Assembly (NCBI GenBank): GCA_027923505.1
Contig: BROI01000009.1
Span: forward strand, 248,001-312,000
Length of the DNA stretch: 64,000 nt
Reading direction: 5' to 3'
Origin: Mayamaea pseudoterrestris
Lineage: Eukaryota
Shown here: positions 12,072-23,400 of the stretch, one piece after another
How the letters are laid out: each line of letters starts with the position of its first letter
How positions within the stretch are numbered: the stretch's first letter is position 1
Made by a program: the position numbers and the translations under genes
Notes under the pieces: generated by a model
What the model was told of the DNA's origin: nothing
The model's database searches: none
What the model saw: the letters and a program-made list of their open reading frames with translations, nothing else

Positions 12072-14081
12072 ATGAACGCAAACAGGCAGGCATTCGTTGC
12101 CATCATTAGCATTACTTTCGCCAGATTGGTAGCCAACGCATTCGCGTTAGTTCCTCCATGGAGCTGGAACCCTACTGGTTATAAGAATTTTGAACGAAGT
12201 ATACGAGAAATAAGATGTTTTGGCATACCTGGAGCTGGGGTTGATCAGCAATTATCCGTTAAAGTGTTCTCGTCGGCTGATGCGGCCAGCGACCTGACAC
12301 GCCGAGGTAAAGTCAACGAGATCGACTTCTGCATTGCGCCAGCCGATGTTTCACTGTCAAGAGCATATGGAACAAAATCGACATCCAATACTGAAATGAG
12401 CGATGCATCGTCCCTTCCAATCTTGTCTTTAACGCGAGCACTCAACAATGCCTCAAACCGGGCGGTCCGGAGAATTCTCTTAGCCAGATCATGGCCGTCG
12501 GCGGAAGCCTTGAATCTCAGCTTGCAGCGAGTAGCGGCGGCAGAAAGAGCTTTGATGGAACAGCAGCAAAAACAAGAATCAACTACTAATGTGGCTCTCT
12601 CGGATGCTGCAAAATGCCCCGTCCCTCGTCCAATTCTTGACGTTTTGACGCGCAACAAGAAACGCGATGGTCTCGCGCCAAAGCCTCGATCAAGGACCGA
12701 TCAAGAGTATGTGGTGGATCAAATGCAAGCATTTTCAAAACGATACGGAGAGTTACCAGGTTACCAGTATGCCGATGCTTACCTGGAATGTATTTTAAGT
12801 CTCGCAACGACGGGAAAAGAAAGTGTGAGAGTCCAAGAAATCTACGAGTCGGCAGTCTACGATGAAGCCTACCGACGTGTTCTGGGCGTTCTCAAGACTG
12901 TTGGTGTAGTTTTCCAAGAGTCCGATCAGGGATTGGAAATCGCTGCTGACCTGATAGATCAAGATATCTGCTTGAGTATAGTGGACAGATTTGCTTCACC
13001 AAAGAAGTCAAAAGAGACTGTAAATGGTGACAGAAAGAACGACACAGCGGGTCAGGAAGTCAAGCCGGTCGATTCTATAAACGATATGACGCAAGAAAAG
13101 AGTAGTGTTGGTGACGCAACAGGCAACGGCTTCCACTTCTTTAAACGCGACAGGCAGCGACATGGGACGTCGAAGCCCGAACTATCTAATGAAGATCTTG
13201 GCGGTGTTTTGTTGAGTAAAAGAGAACCAAGCATGACTCGGCAGCTTAATGTTTTGTCTAATATTGCATGGCGAGCGCTGCTGTTTGGCGGCGATCAGGA
13301 ACTCGTTGTTTTGGCAGAAACGCTCGACGCCGATCGAGCAGCGTTTGTGGAACGATGGTATCCAAACACCGGCGGCGTTGACGAGACCTTGGCACCTGAA
13401 CACGAGCAACGACCAGGGGTTCAATTTCTAAACTGCCTCATTGATTTGCTGCGAGAATGTTATATGAAAGGGGCAGTGACGGATCTAGAACCTAGACTGC
13501 CTCTTCCTCGAAGTTACGCCAACTCCTATGAACGCCTTGTCGCTTCCGCAGTGGAGCTTGGCAGTGGATACATCAGACCAGTACCAGACGACATTAATGA
13601 CTTTCCCAAGCCAAAAACGTCTCTGGAAGAACTAGGCCGTTTTGCGATATGGGAATCAACTTATCGAAAATCTCAGCCAAGCATGGATGCTTATCCAGAA
13701 GACCTCGAAGGTGGATGGGGAGTTTGCGACATGATCGGAGGCGAAAGCATAGGAAGTTCTACCGTATGGCTAGAGAGTGGTGGTCGCGTCAAGGTTGACC
13801 CTCCTCTTGAAGGACTTCGTTGGCGGCTCGACCCAGGACCGACGCATCTTGATACCTGTACTTTTCAAGTCTTGAGCAGCGATGGCACAATATTACAATA
13901 CCGTGGCTTTATTGATCGAGGTGCCAGGCTGGAGTCGAGATTTTCTAAGCGTTCCTTGACAATACGAGGTTCTGTGGAATTTCAAATGAGAGATTCAATC
14001 GGAGCTTTGGGGTATTATAAAGACATTCTTCCGATCAACTACAAGACTGGTACAACTAAGTTCGTCATGACTAAGTTATAA
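12072..14081 (+). CDS. Hypothetical protein, likely plastid-targeted
   Basis: Long uninterrupted ORF from ATG 12072 with signal peptide ...LVANA-FALVP. No family recognised. Confidence 0.7.
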   Translation: MNANRQAFVAIISITFARLVANAFALVPPWSWNPTGYKNFERSIREIRCFGIPGAGVDQQLSVKVFSSADAASDLTRRGKVNEIDFCIAPADVSLSRAYGTKSTSNTEMSDASSLPILSLTRALNNASNRAVRRILLARSWPSAEALNLSLQRVAAAERALMEQQQKQESTTNVALSDAAKCPVPRPILDVLTRNKKRDGLAPKPRSRTDQEYVVDQMQAFSKRYGELPGYQYADAYLECILSLATTGKESVRVQEIYESAVYDEAYRRVLGVLKTVGVVFQESDQGLEIAADLIDQDICLSIVDRFASPKKSKETVNGDRKNDTAGQEVKPVDSINDMTQEKSSVGDATGNGFHFFKRDRQRHGTSKPELSNEDLGGVLLSKREPSMTRQLNVLSNIAWRALLFGGDQELVVLAETLDADRAAFVERWYPNTGGVDETLAPEHEQRPGVQFLNCLIDLLRECYMKGAVTDLEPRLPLPRSYANSYERLVASAVELGSGYIRPVPDDINDFPKPKTSLEELGRFAIWESTYRKSQPSMDAYPEDLEGGWGVCDMIGGESIGSSTVWLESGGRVKVDPPLEGLRWRLDPGPTHLDTCTFQVLSSDGTILQYRGFIDRGARLESRFSKRSLTIRGSVEFQMRDSIGALGYYKDILPINYKTGTTKFVMTKL

Positions 14082-14139
14082 AACTTGTGATTGAGGAGAT
14101 AAACAACTGACTGTGAATGAATGACATAACACTGGTGTA

Positions 14140-14250
14140 TAACCGGCCGGTACGGTATACCGGTAACAAGAGTACGGGAGAGTAGCGCATGCCGTACCGG
14201 TACCGGTAGGAAAGGCATTGAGCGGTGTTGGGTGCATACGTACCGGTAGG
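14140..14250. promoter_or_regulatory. Cluster of palindromic TACCGGTA motifs upstream of the aminotransferase gene
   Basis: Exact copies at 14158, 14195, 14201 and 14241, plus near-matches. Regulatory function is inferred only. Confidence 0.4.
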
Positions 14251-14348
14251 GATGACGGATGGTCGTCCATTCTCTTGCCTTGCACTTAACAGCTCAAGCC
14301 GATCAACAGTGTTACTGTCAAAAATTACTATCACAGCTATCTAGCAAA

Positions 14349-15671
14349 ATGTCAGTTAGTCGTCGCGGAGCATCCGTCGAATCCTTCAAAGTGATGGACG
14401 TCCTTAGACGGGCCAATGAGCTGCAGGAGTTGGGCTACGACGTTCTTCATTGCGAAGTTGGTCAACCAGAGACTGGTGCACCACAAGCAGTGGCGCAAGC
14501 TGCAATCGACGCCTTGAATGAACCCCGTGTCCTAGGCTATACAGACGCCTTTGGACTGATGCCGCTTCGAGAAAAGATTTCGGAGCACTACCGAAGCAAC
14601 TACGCATCCCTGGAGAAAGCACCGCCAGCATCAAGAATTGTCGTCACGACAGGTTCGTCGGGAGCATTTTTGCTGGCGTTTACTAGCTGCTTTGATGCCG
14701 GTGATGTCGTGGCGATTGCTTCCTCGGGTTATCCATGCTATCGGAACATACTTTCCGCCTTGGACTGCGAACTGGCCTCGGTTCCAATCAACAAAGAATT
14801 TAAACTTACAGCAGACGAACTGCAGCGAGAAATGAGACGACGCGAAGCTGCCAACGAAAAGTCAATCAAGGGGCTCATATTATCATCACCAAGCAATCCG
14901 ACAGGTGCCATGCTAGATTCGGACGAATTAAAGGAACTCTGTCGCCTTTGCGACGATAACGACATTCTATTCATTTCCGACGAGATATATCACGGAATTT
15001 CTTATGGAAAGGAGGAGGCTACCGCACTTCAATACTCGCAAAAGGCATTTGTAATCAACAGCTTCTCCAAGTATTATTCAAGTGAGTTGCCCATTGTGGT
15101 CAAGGTGCATAATTGGCGCACGTTACTCATATAATCTTTCATTATTGTCCCAGTGTCGGGCTGGAGACTTGGCTGGATGGTTATCCCGGATACTTTCGTC
15201 GAAGGAATCAACACGCTACAGCAAAACATGTTTATCAATGCTCCAACTATTTCGCAGACGGCCGCCATGAATTGCTGGAATGAAGAGACGATTGCGGTGT
15301 TGAAGGGACACGTTGCAAAGTATTCCGTCTGTCGCAGAATCGTTCTCGACGAGCTCGCACGCATTGAAGCACTAAATCCAGAAAACATCGCTCCAGCGGA
15401 CGGGGCATTTTATGTCTATGTTGATTTAGGCGACGAGAATTGCTCGCCAGGACTAGGATCAGTTGCAATGTGTGCTTGTCTTTTAGAGGAACAGTATGTT
15501 GCCTTTACACCAGGCAATGACTTTGAGGATCCAGCAACGATACTGGGAGATCGGCGTTTCCGCATTTCGTATGCTGGCGGTTTTGAAACGGTTCGTCAGG
15601 CAATGGAACGATTCCATCGGTTTTGGCCGGAATGGCTGGCTAAAGTAAGGGACGCGAAAGCTGTGAAATAG
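14349..15671 (+). CDS. PLP-dependent aminotransferase class I/II (aspartate aminotransferase-like), 2 exons
   Basis: Exons 14349-15081 and 15154-15671 reconstitute SFSKYYSMSGWRLGW (PLP lysine). Also VGQP, SPSNPTG, SDEIYHG and RISYA. Confidence 0.88.
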
Positions 15672-15748
15672 AAACAGAATTTGTCGATTTTGCATGCTAC
15701 TATTTATAAACTCACATCGTATTAGTCAAAAGCCCACGGAGTACATGA

Positions 15749-16630
15749 TTAAGACAGCATGTGATTAAACCCAAAACCGACTGCGTAAGCGAAAGAACCT
15801 CCCAATCCCGCAATGACAAAATTTTCCACCGCGGCCGATATGCAGTTCCCTCTTGTAGCCCATGTTTTGACAGCTCCCACAATGACGAGACAAACAGTGG
15901 TGACAACAGCCGACGCGATGAGCTGTACCAGCGCTTCATTACCAAACGCGAAAGGTAGCACCGACGGAACTGACCCGAGCAGAAAGAGTCCGCAAGACAT
16001 GAGACCGGCTCGCAAAGGCGATCGAGTTTCTTGATCAATGACTCCGAATTCAAGCGACGTCATGGCCTTTAAAAGCGACGCTGGTTTGTAGCGATAATAT
16101 TCTAATAGCTGCTTTCGGATTTCAACTGCGTCGGTGCCAATGCCAATGCTTGTTAATAAAGTCCCCATTTCCGACAATTCATCTTCTAGATAAAGACTGA
16201 TATGTTCCTTCTCCAGTGCGATTTCTCCCGTCATAATTTCGTTTTGAGACTTGGTTGCAATGTATTCTCCAGCGCACATGCTGATCGCGCCTGCAATGGC
16301 GCCAGCCAATGCTGTGAGTAAAATTGCTCTGGACGTCATGCCTCCTCCAGAGACACCCGCTACTAAGAGAAAGGTGCCAACAAGACCATCGTTGACCCCC
16401 AAAATCATGTCTCTCAGGTATTGTCGCGACCCCATGTGTTCTGACTCGTGAGCTTTTCGATGAGCCGACGTTTCTCTACTGATGTCATCATTATCTTTAT
16501 TATGGAAGCTTTCCATGTTAGTTTCGTTCAAGGTGATGCATCTTCCTCGTCGCTCAACGGCGACAAAGCGACCGAGCCATGCCGTATAGTCGTCACCCAC
16601 GGCAATTTGTTGTGCTTCTTTGTCGCTCAT
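15749..16630 (-). CDS. VIT1/CCC1-family vacuolar Fe/Mn transporter
   Basis: YLRDMILGVNDGLV, AGAISMCAGEYIATKSQNE, an acidic cytosolic loop, and three C-terminal transmembrane helices. Confidence 0.88.
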   Translation of the reverse strand: MSDKEAQQIAVGDDYTAWLGRFVAVERRGRCITLNETNMESFHNKDNDDISRETSAHRKAHESEHMGSRQYLRDMILGVNDGLVGTFLLVAGVSGGGMTSRAILLTALAGAIAGAISMCAGEYIATKSQNEIMTGEIALEKEHISLYLEDELSEMGTLLTSIGIGTDAVEIRKQLLEYYRYKPASLLKAMTSLEFGVIDQETRSPLRAGLMSCGLFLLGSVPSVLPFAFGNEALVQLIASAVVTTVCLVIVGAVKTWATRGNCISAAVENFVIAGLGGSFAYAVGFGFNHMLS

Positions 16631-16890
16631 GGTGTATATGATGGTGTTGGTAAAGTAGCAACAGCGATCTGTGCACTCGTTATGCGAAGAAATCTAGGTT
16701 TTGAATCGAATCTTTCGCGCAAACGAAAAAGTGTGTCCTCAGAACAGTAAAACGTCATTAAATCATAGCGGTACTCCTTTTGTGAGCCAGATCCATTCAT
16801 ATTTTTCCCGAAACTGTCGGCCGTCGCAATCTTTTTGCCATTGCCACGCGATACAGTATTACACAAGCTTTTAAAATATTGGCAACTACC

Positions 16891-18312
16891 ATGGAGGCTT
16901 TGTTGGATGCCGCCGATGCTTTGGCTGCTGTGTCTGACAAGCCGCCACGGCCAGATTTCGAAATTCCTGATGAGCTCATCGTCGCATCGGATGAGCTGAT
17001 TGAACGACGCCAAATCGGAAAGCAACATGGACAGTTTGGTTACTTCTCAATTAAATATCTACCTAAGGGCAGCTGCATTATGACGGATAAACCCATTGCT
17101 ATGGTCATGGACTGGCAGGATGATAGCTGTGATATAGACGAAGATGAAGGAGATGACGATGGGATGGACGATGACGAAGAAGAAGAAAAGGAGCCCCGGT
17201 TGAATGAATTATTGCTTCTTCAGATTTTAAAGCAGCTGCAAACATGTCCAAATTTGTGGAACGATCGTTTATCGACTCTGTTTCCTCGGAGCAGCCAGGA
17301 TTTGGCCAGCTTACCTGCCTGGGTATGCGCGAATGACGAAATCTTCATGGCGGTAGAATCGCATTTGCAATGTCTACGAACGCTCCCTAGTTTAGAACCT
17401 CATATTAATGAGATTTCCAAGCGACTCCCGCTGATCATTCGCTACAATGTACTTTCCGTCGAAACATGCAGCGAGTTATTGAGCTATCCTGGGCCAACTG
17501 GCCATTCCAGTTTATCGGGCGTAGGACTTTTTCATTGCCCCAGCTTTTTTAATCATTCGTCGCAGCCCAATTGCAGTCGATGGGCGATTGGCGATGTCCT
17601 GTGCATTGTTACCAATCGAGATGTCACAAGCGATACAGAGCTTTGTCTCAGCTACATTGAGCATGACGTATTGTGCGAAAGTGCGTACCGACGCAACCAT
17701 TTGCTGAGTATGGACTTCATTGACCTGCGCTCGGGAGAATCGTCCGTGGACCCAAGTAATGGCGAAAACGATGGACCGGAGATGCCAGTTGTGGATAGTG
17801 ACGTGCAGAATGAGCTCATGGAAATGGATGCGTCCGAACGTCTTGCAGCTATTGATGAGCTCATGCAGCAGGCGATGGGCGAAAAACTTCCAGAGCAAGA
17901 TGAAGGCTACAGCATGAATGGGAACGAAGCCGCATGGTTTCAAGCCGATGTCCAGAACTTGCGCATCATTAAAGCTATAACGTTGGAAGGATTAGGACAA
18001 TCTAAGGAGGCTCTCGTGCATTGGGAAGAGGCCGTCACTTTTTGCGCCACGAAATTGCCTCCCGCCGATGAAAGTTTGGTAGTCGCTCATGTCCAGGCGG
18101 CTCTGTGTGCGTTGCATTTGCAGGATGTGTCAAAGGCAAAGCAACACGCTCAATCGGCGCTGGAGACGCATCACATACTGTTTTCTGGTGGCGTACTTCG
18201 CTTCCGACGAAGGTTTCGGAATGAATTCTGTCTTTCTCTGCGACCAAACGCGGATTCGCTGAATGCGGATATAGACGCTCTTTGGCCGCTCGACGCTGTC
18301 GAGTGTTCTTAA
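16891..18312 (+). CDS. SET-domain lysine methyltransferase (SMYD-like) with C-terminal TPR-like helices
   Basis: SET motifs SFFNHSSQPN and ELCLSYI; split N-SET (GQFGYFSIKYLPKG); acidic tract; TPR-like C-terminus. Confidence 0.75.
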   Translation: MEALLDAADALAAVSDKPPRPDFEIPDELIVASDELIERRQIGKQHGQFGYFSIKYLPKGSCIMTDKPIAMVMDWQDDSCDIDEDEGDDDGMDDDEEEEKEPRLNELLLLQILKQLQTCPNLWNDRLSTLFPRSSQDLASLPAWVCANDEIFMAVESHLQCLRTLPSLEPHINEISKRLPLIIRYNVLSVETCSELLSYPGPTGHSSLSGVGLFHCPSFFNHSSQPNCSRWAIGDVLCIVTNRDVTSDTELCLSYIEHDVLCESAYRRNHLLSMDFIDLRSGESSVDPSNGENDGPEMPVVDSDVQNELMEMDASERLAAIDELMQQAMGEKLPEQDEGYSMNGNEAAWFQADVQNLRIIKAITLEGLGQSKEALVHWEEAVTFCATKLPPADESLVVAHVQAALCALHLQDVSKAKQHAQSALETHHILFSGGVLRFRRRFRNEFCLSLRPNADSLNADIDALWPLDAVECS

Positions 18313-18737
18313 GATGATGATGGGGCACCGTCAAAATCAAAGTTTCACTTTCGTTGTTCGCAACACCAGCTTATTTCAAACAACATGGCCTTCTTGTTCC
18401 AGCGTTGCGCGTACGTATGCGCATTGCATATCGCAGTCTAGTGTTTGCATATATGATACACATAAGATCTTACATATTGTATTGTATCGGTAAATTTTAC
18501 TGTATGTAACAATGCTGAGAGTTTGCTTGTGTCTGATCGTTACTGCCTTATTTCTGGGTAGCAACATGGGCATGCTTTCATGCGCCCCATAGTACCGGTA
18601 TCTTTGCGCGTGCCGCAATTCAAAATGCGCTCGCCAACTGGTCGTCGCCCTTTGGGTCGGCTGCATAAACGTTGGTGCACCTCTGCCGTCTCTCGGACTT
18701 GATCCAGTTACCATAGCAACAGCTCCACACTGTCAAT

Positions 18738-20358
18738 ATGCGCCTGCACTACAGCTCGGCAAGCTTTCTTTTGCTTCTGACCCAAGCTATGGCTTCGTTC
18801 AAGAACCACGTCGTCAACCAAGGGGCACGAGCCTCTAACCAGCGACGACGCTTGCTGAACGATGCGCTCCTAGAAGCAGCTGTTCCTCTGGGTGACTATG
18901 AGCGGAAGACAAAGTTGCAACTGAGTGAAGCTCGTCAACTGCAGGAAGGAGACGATTTTGAGAACATGGAGGGGGAAGTAGCCTACACTTTCACCGGGTA
19001 TTCGTTGAAGTACGCACAGTGTCAACCAATTCAATACTTTTCGGAGAATGCAATAAAAGCAGGCGAGTTTTCACCCATGATTACCGAAGACATTGTTATT
19101 CTCCGTCTATGTCCACAAAAGTCATGTTTGAGCAGCGAAACTTTTGGTTGCCATTACAACTTTGCTGAATATGCCTTGACCTTATCGGAATACACTTCTA
19201 TCATGCTCAAGTATTCGGCCTATAAACGCGACTCTGTTTGCGAGTGGTGCGCCACTTGCATTGAGGATGATGGTGGCGAGCAGGAACGTCGTAGCGAGCG
19301 CAAACTGGATGAAGACCTGAACGACGATGGCGCTGACGACGATGCGAACCAGGCAGATAATGGCGATGAAGCAGGTCAAGGAGCTGACGGAGATGATGCT
19401 GGTGCCGAGCAAGGAGAGAACGCTGGAAATGAGCAAGAGCAACAGGACGATGATGGAGAACTCGAGGTGGACGACAAGTACGTCTATCAAGGTTCGTGCA
19501 CAAATTTTAACACATACTGCGCCAACTTTGCCACGGAATGCCAGAATGATGATGACGCATATCTCGACTATGAGGGATACCTTGACTACATGGATTGCGC
19601 CGAGATTCGATACAACGACTATGCCTACTTTGTAAAGCCACGTTGCGATGGAAGCAGCGGTGCCATCAAAATGGCCGTCTACAACGACAACTACTGCATT
19701 CAATCCGCCAGTAGTGATGTGAGCGTCAAGAACTTTGGACTCGGCTTTAAAGATGGGTTCTTCGAAACGTTTTACAGCAGTGAATGTATCGAGTGCTCCG
19801 AAAGTGTGCGTAAGAAGGATATGCAGTATCACGAGCAGCGTATTAATCGTTAAATGGACACTCACACTTGCCTTTTATTTCGTCACTACGACACAGGATA
19901 GTCCACCATTCTATGCTGCCAATAGCTTGCTGTGTAATAAGATTCACTCGCACAGTGCCATGTGCGCCCAAGAAATGGTATATGATTTGTTCGAAACTGA
20001 GCAAGTTGACGAAACTACTGAATGTAACTACATTGACAGCTTGCTCAACGGTGCATACGACCAATACGGACAATTCTCTACGAAATTTGGTGGAGGAAGC
20101 TCGTGGGACGCGTCGATGACCACTGCCCAAGCAGCAATCCTCGGCGTGGCGATAGCACTGTGCATCCTTTTCATCATATCCGCATGCTACTTGCACCACT
20201 CCATGACAAATTTGCTACTCAAATCACTGAGCCACCGCGAATTGCTCCCGCGCAAAGCGCGATCTCGCAGCCGTACTTCTCGCGAAGGAAGCAACAGCCG
20301 ACGATCGTCATCGAAAGCCAGCCAGGATCCTGACTGGGAAAGCCCGTCAGTCGCTTAA
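18738..20358 (+). CDS. Silicanin-like (Sin1-family) single-pass membrane protein, 2 exons
   Basis: Exons 18738-19805 and 19897-20358. Signal peptide, RXL motifs (RRL, RQL, RKL), YSLKYAQCQ...LRLCP..SC....GCHYNFAEY cysteine pattern, acidic low-complexity insert, one TM helix, basic cytosolic tail. Confidence 0.7.
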
Positions 20359-20438
20359 AGAATCCCACCGAGCCCGAATTCTGTCAGTGTTTAGTTGCAT
20401 AATTCTTAATTTTACTATCAGTTGATTTACAGTATTAC

Positions 20439-23400
20439 TCAGTCTTCATTTAGCGCTTCAAGAAGTGCCTGCGCCGTGTGCTTCAGAAACGTCTCAGGAT
20501 GCGGATATCGTGCAATCGGCGTAAGCCATTCCGTAGCCTTCTCCTTCAGTAACTCAATGCGATCTTCATTGTCCCGGTCGACGAACCCAATCAGGCGCCA
20601 GCAAATCTCGCCCATACAGCAGTGTGCCTTGAATTGGAGCTCGGAACTATAATCGTCGTTCTCTGCATCCAAGACCCATTCTTCCATCTCTTCAAGGACT
20701 TGGGCATCGTCTTCCTCGTCCTCGTCTTCTTCCATAATGATCAACTCGAGCAAGTAGGCGAGGGGATTAAACAAAGGAGCCCAGAAGTCCGACGTGCAAC
20801 CACTTTCGTGGTAGGGATTGATCACATACTCTTTAAGAAGGTAATTGGCATCGTCGGCGCGGCCAATCAATTTCAGCACCTGCACCAACGGAAGAATTGG
20901 GTACATGGCAATGTCCGACTCCACTTCCTCTAGTAACGGCAGAAATTTTTCTATTACCTTTACAGCTTGCTCCTCGGCTTCGTCGTGCCTCTCGAGAAGA
21001 TAATACCATTGGGTGCTTTCGGCATAACACTCAATTGCAAAATCTCGACCGTACTCCAATAGCATGTCAAACGAATATGCCTCAACGTCGTACATAGACT
21101 CTAGTCTCTGCAGCGTTTCTAGCGCATGTTCATAATTACCGACCCTTGCATAATAGGAAGCCTCCATTGCGAGTGCTCGACCGATATGCACTTGGTTGCC
21201 ATCCTGGATCGCTTCCTTTACAAACCGTTCCACGAGTTTTTCCTGTTGCAGTCGTGTTTTCGTATCGTGCGCGACTTGGTCCAGTTTTAAGACGCAAAGT
21301 GAAGAGATGATAGGCATCATCAGTTCTCGGCTCACGCCTGGAATCTTTGAAGCGCTTTTGATAATGTTGTAGCAATCTTCAAATGCCTGGATACTTTGGC
21401 CGTCGTCGCCAAGGTTTTGATGGCACAGGCCTATACGGATATGCAGGCGAAGAATGTAGTCCAAGACGGATGGTTTAGCCCCGACATTTACCCATTCCCC
21501 ATGACCAGTGTCATCCATCTCCTGGACGCTGTCGAATGCCATATCAAGAGCGTCCTCGTATAACTCTAAAGACTGTGAGCTCAAGTCCCAATCGCTTAAC
21601 CTGGCACCGATAGCAAGTGCTAGTTGAGCAGTTTTTGTAAAACATCCACATGATTTCCAATGGTCGAAAAGTGTCAGCAAACGCGAAATGTCGCTCTGCT
21701 CCAGAATAAGCACTTGATCTTTTTCCATGGCCATGGCGATACGGCGGTGAAGATCGATCTTCCGCTCCTTTAACATCGTAGTCAGTACATTTTGGCGCCA
21801 CATAGCATGGCTGAATTGAAAATAACGATCACCCTTAATCTCGGCAAGGCTCCCACCGCCAGGTGTTCGACCCCCCGCTGGCTGCTCAACCGCGTAGCTG
21901 CTCATCTCAGACGACTCTCCTGACTTTAACGTAAAGTCTTCGTCGTCTTCAACGTGCTCCACCAGTATCATTTCATCTATAGAGGCTTCCAAAGCGATCT
22001 CGATCTCGTGTTCCTCCATCTCAGGGTGAACTTGAAACAAATCAGACAAAGAAAATGCCAATCCAAGTACGGCACACGTTTGGAGAATTTTTCGTACTCG
22101 CATGTCAAGCATATCAAACCTCGACAAAAAAGTTTCTATCATCATCTGACCCGTCTTGTTCAAAGACATAGATTTCTGCAAGGCGCGTTAGGTATGGTTT
22201 GTAATTTTAATCGGTCTCAACCCTTCGCGTGCTAGAAACATCTTACCTGTTCTTCCAACCCTTCTGCAGTCCACCGTAGCATGCCTCCCTCGTCGAGCTC
22301 AAGAGTTTTCTTTCGTTTGATGTTCTCCAAAACTTGAACAACGTACACAGGTAATCCACCCGTTCTTTGAAAAAGGTCTGAGCATACAACGTCACCAACT
22401 GTCCATTCGTCGTGCCCCAAAACTTTAGCAATAAGCTCTCTGATCTCGTTAAAGTCTAGCGGACCAAGAGATACCTCAATCATTTGCGACACCATCTGAT
22501 CTTGTCCACTGGCGGCTGCTGAAAGACGGCGCAGCGCTTGTTTGTCATGCGAACGTGTCGCGCACATGACCAACAACTTTTTGCCCTTATTGCACAGAGT
22601 GCGAAAGATTTTCCAGCTGAATGAGTCAACCCATTGAAAATCGTCCAAAAGAGCGACTGTCAAATCAGCATTTTCAACGATGCATATGAAGGCAAGAGCA
22701 AGAAACTCAACAAGCTCAGCCATTGTCGGGACGTGACCGTTAACATGCGTTACAGGGCTCGCGCTATCAAGTCCTAAAAATTGAGAACCGACTATGTCAG
22801 CGTATTCGTAAGGATAGTTGAGCTGTTCGCAGACCCAACATAGCTTTTCAAAATAAGGAGCGTCGTCACCACCTGCCTTGACAGTTCCAGCTGCGACACT
22901 AGTGTCCATGCTGACCAAACTAGCGTCATCTCGAAGCGACGCAGCGAATTTGGACCGACTAACCATTGAAGGCTGTCTTGCTTTTCCTTTCACCGATAAA
23001 GATCGGCTCTTCAAGCGATGAAGCGATGCACCTAATGGAACACTTTCGTCCTTGCCGCCAGGTCGCGCTGCAGCCACCTGATGGGCAGATATGCTCATTG
23101 GATTCCTCCCTGTACTTCCCCGTTGCGTATCCCGCTCGGGGCCACTTCCATGGGTTGATCGGGTAATGACAATGGCAGATGCACTGCGCTGCTGCTTACC
23201 AGGTATATCGGCGTTATTCAACATTACCGATGGACGTTTCAATGCTACCGGCGAGTGGAGCTCCGCAGCAACATCCCTTAATGCCTGGCTAAGAGGGTCG
23301 TTGTTTGCAGTTTTCGGAACAGGCCGGATCACGGCCAGTCGTTCAGCTGTTTTTGGACTGGTGGCAATATTATTTGCCTTAAAGCTCGAACGAAGCAGCG

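Noticed and set aside
6628..16630. Possible aromatic amino acid or metabolic gene cluster (HAD, TyrA, aminotransferase)
   Set aside because: The genes are interleaved with unrelated housekeeping genes, the aminotransferase lacks a plastid leader, and nothing shows co-regulation.
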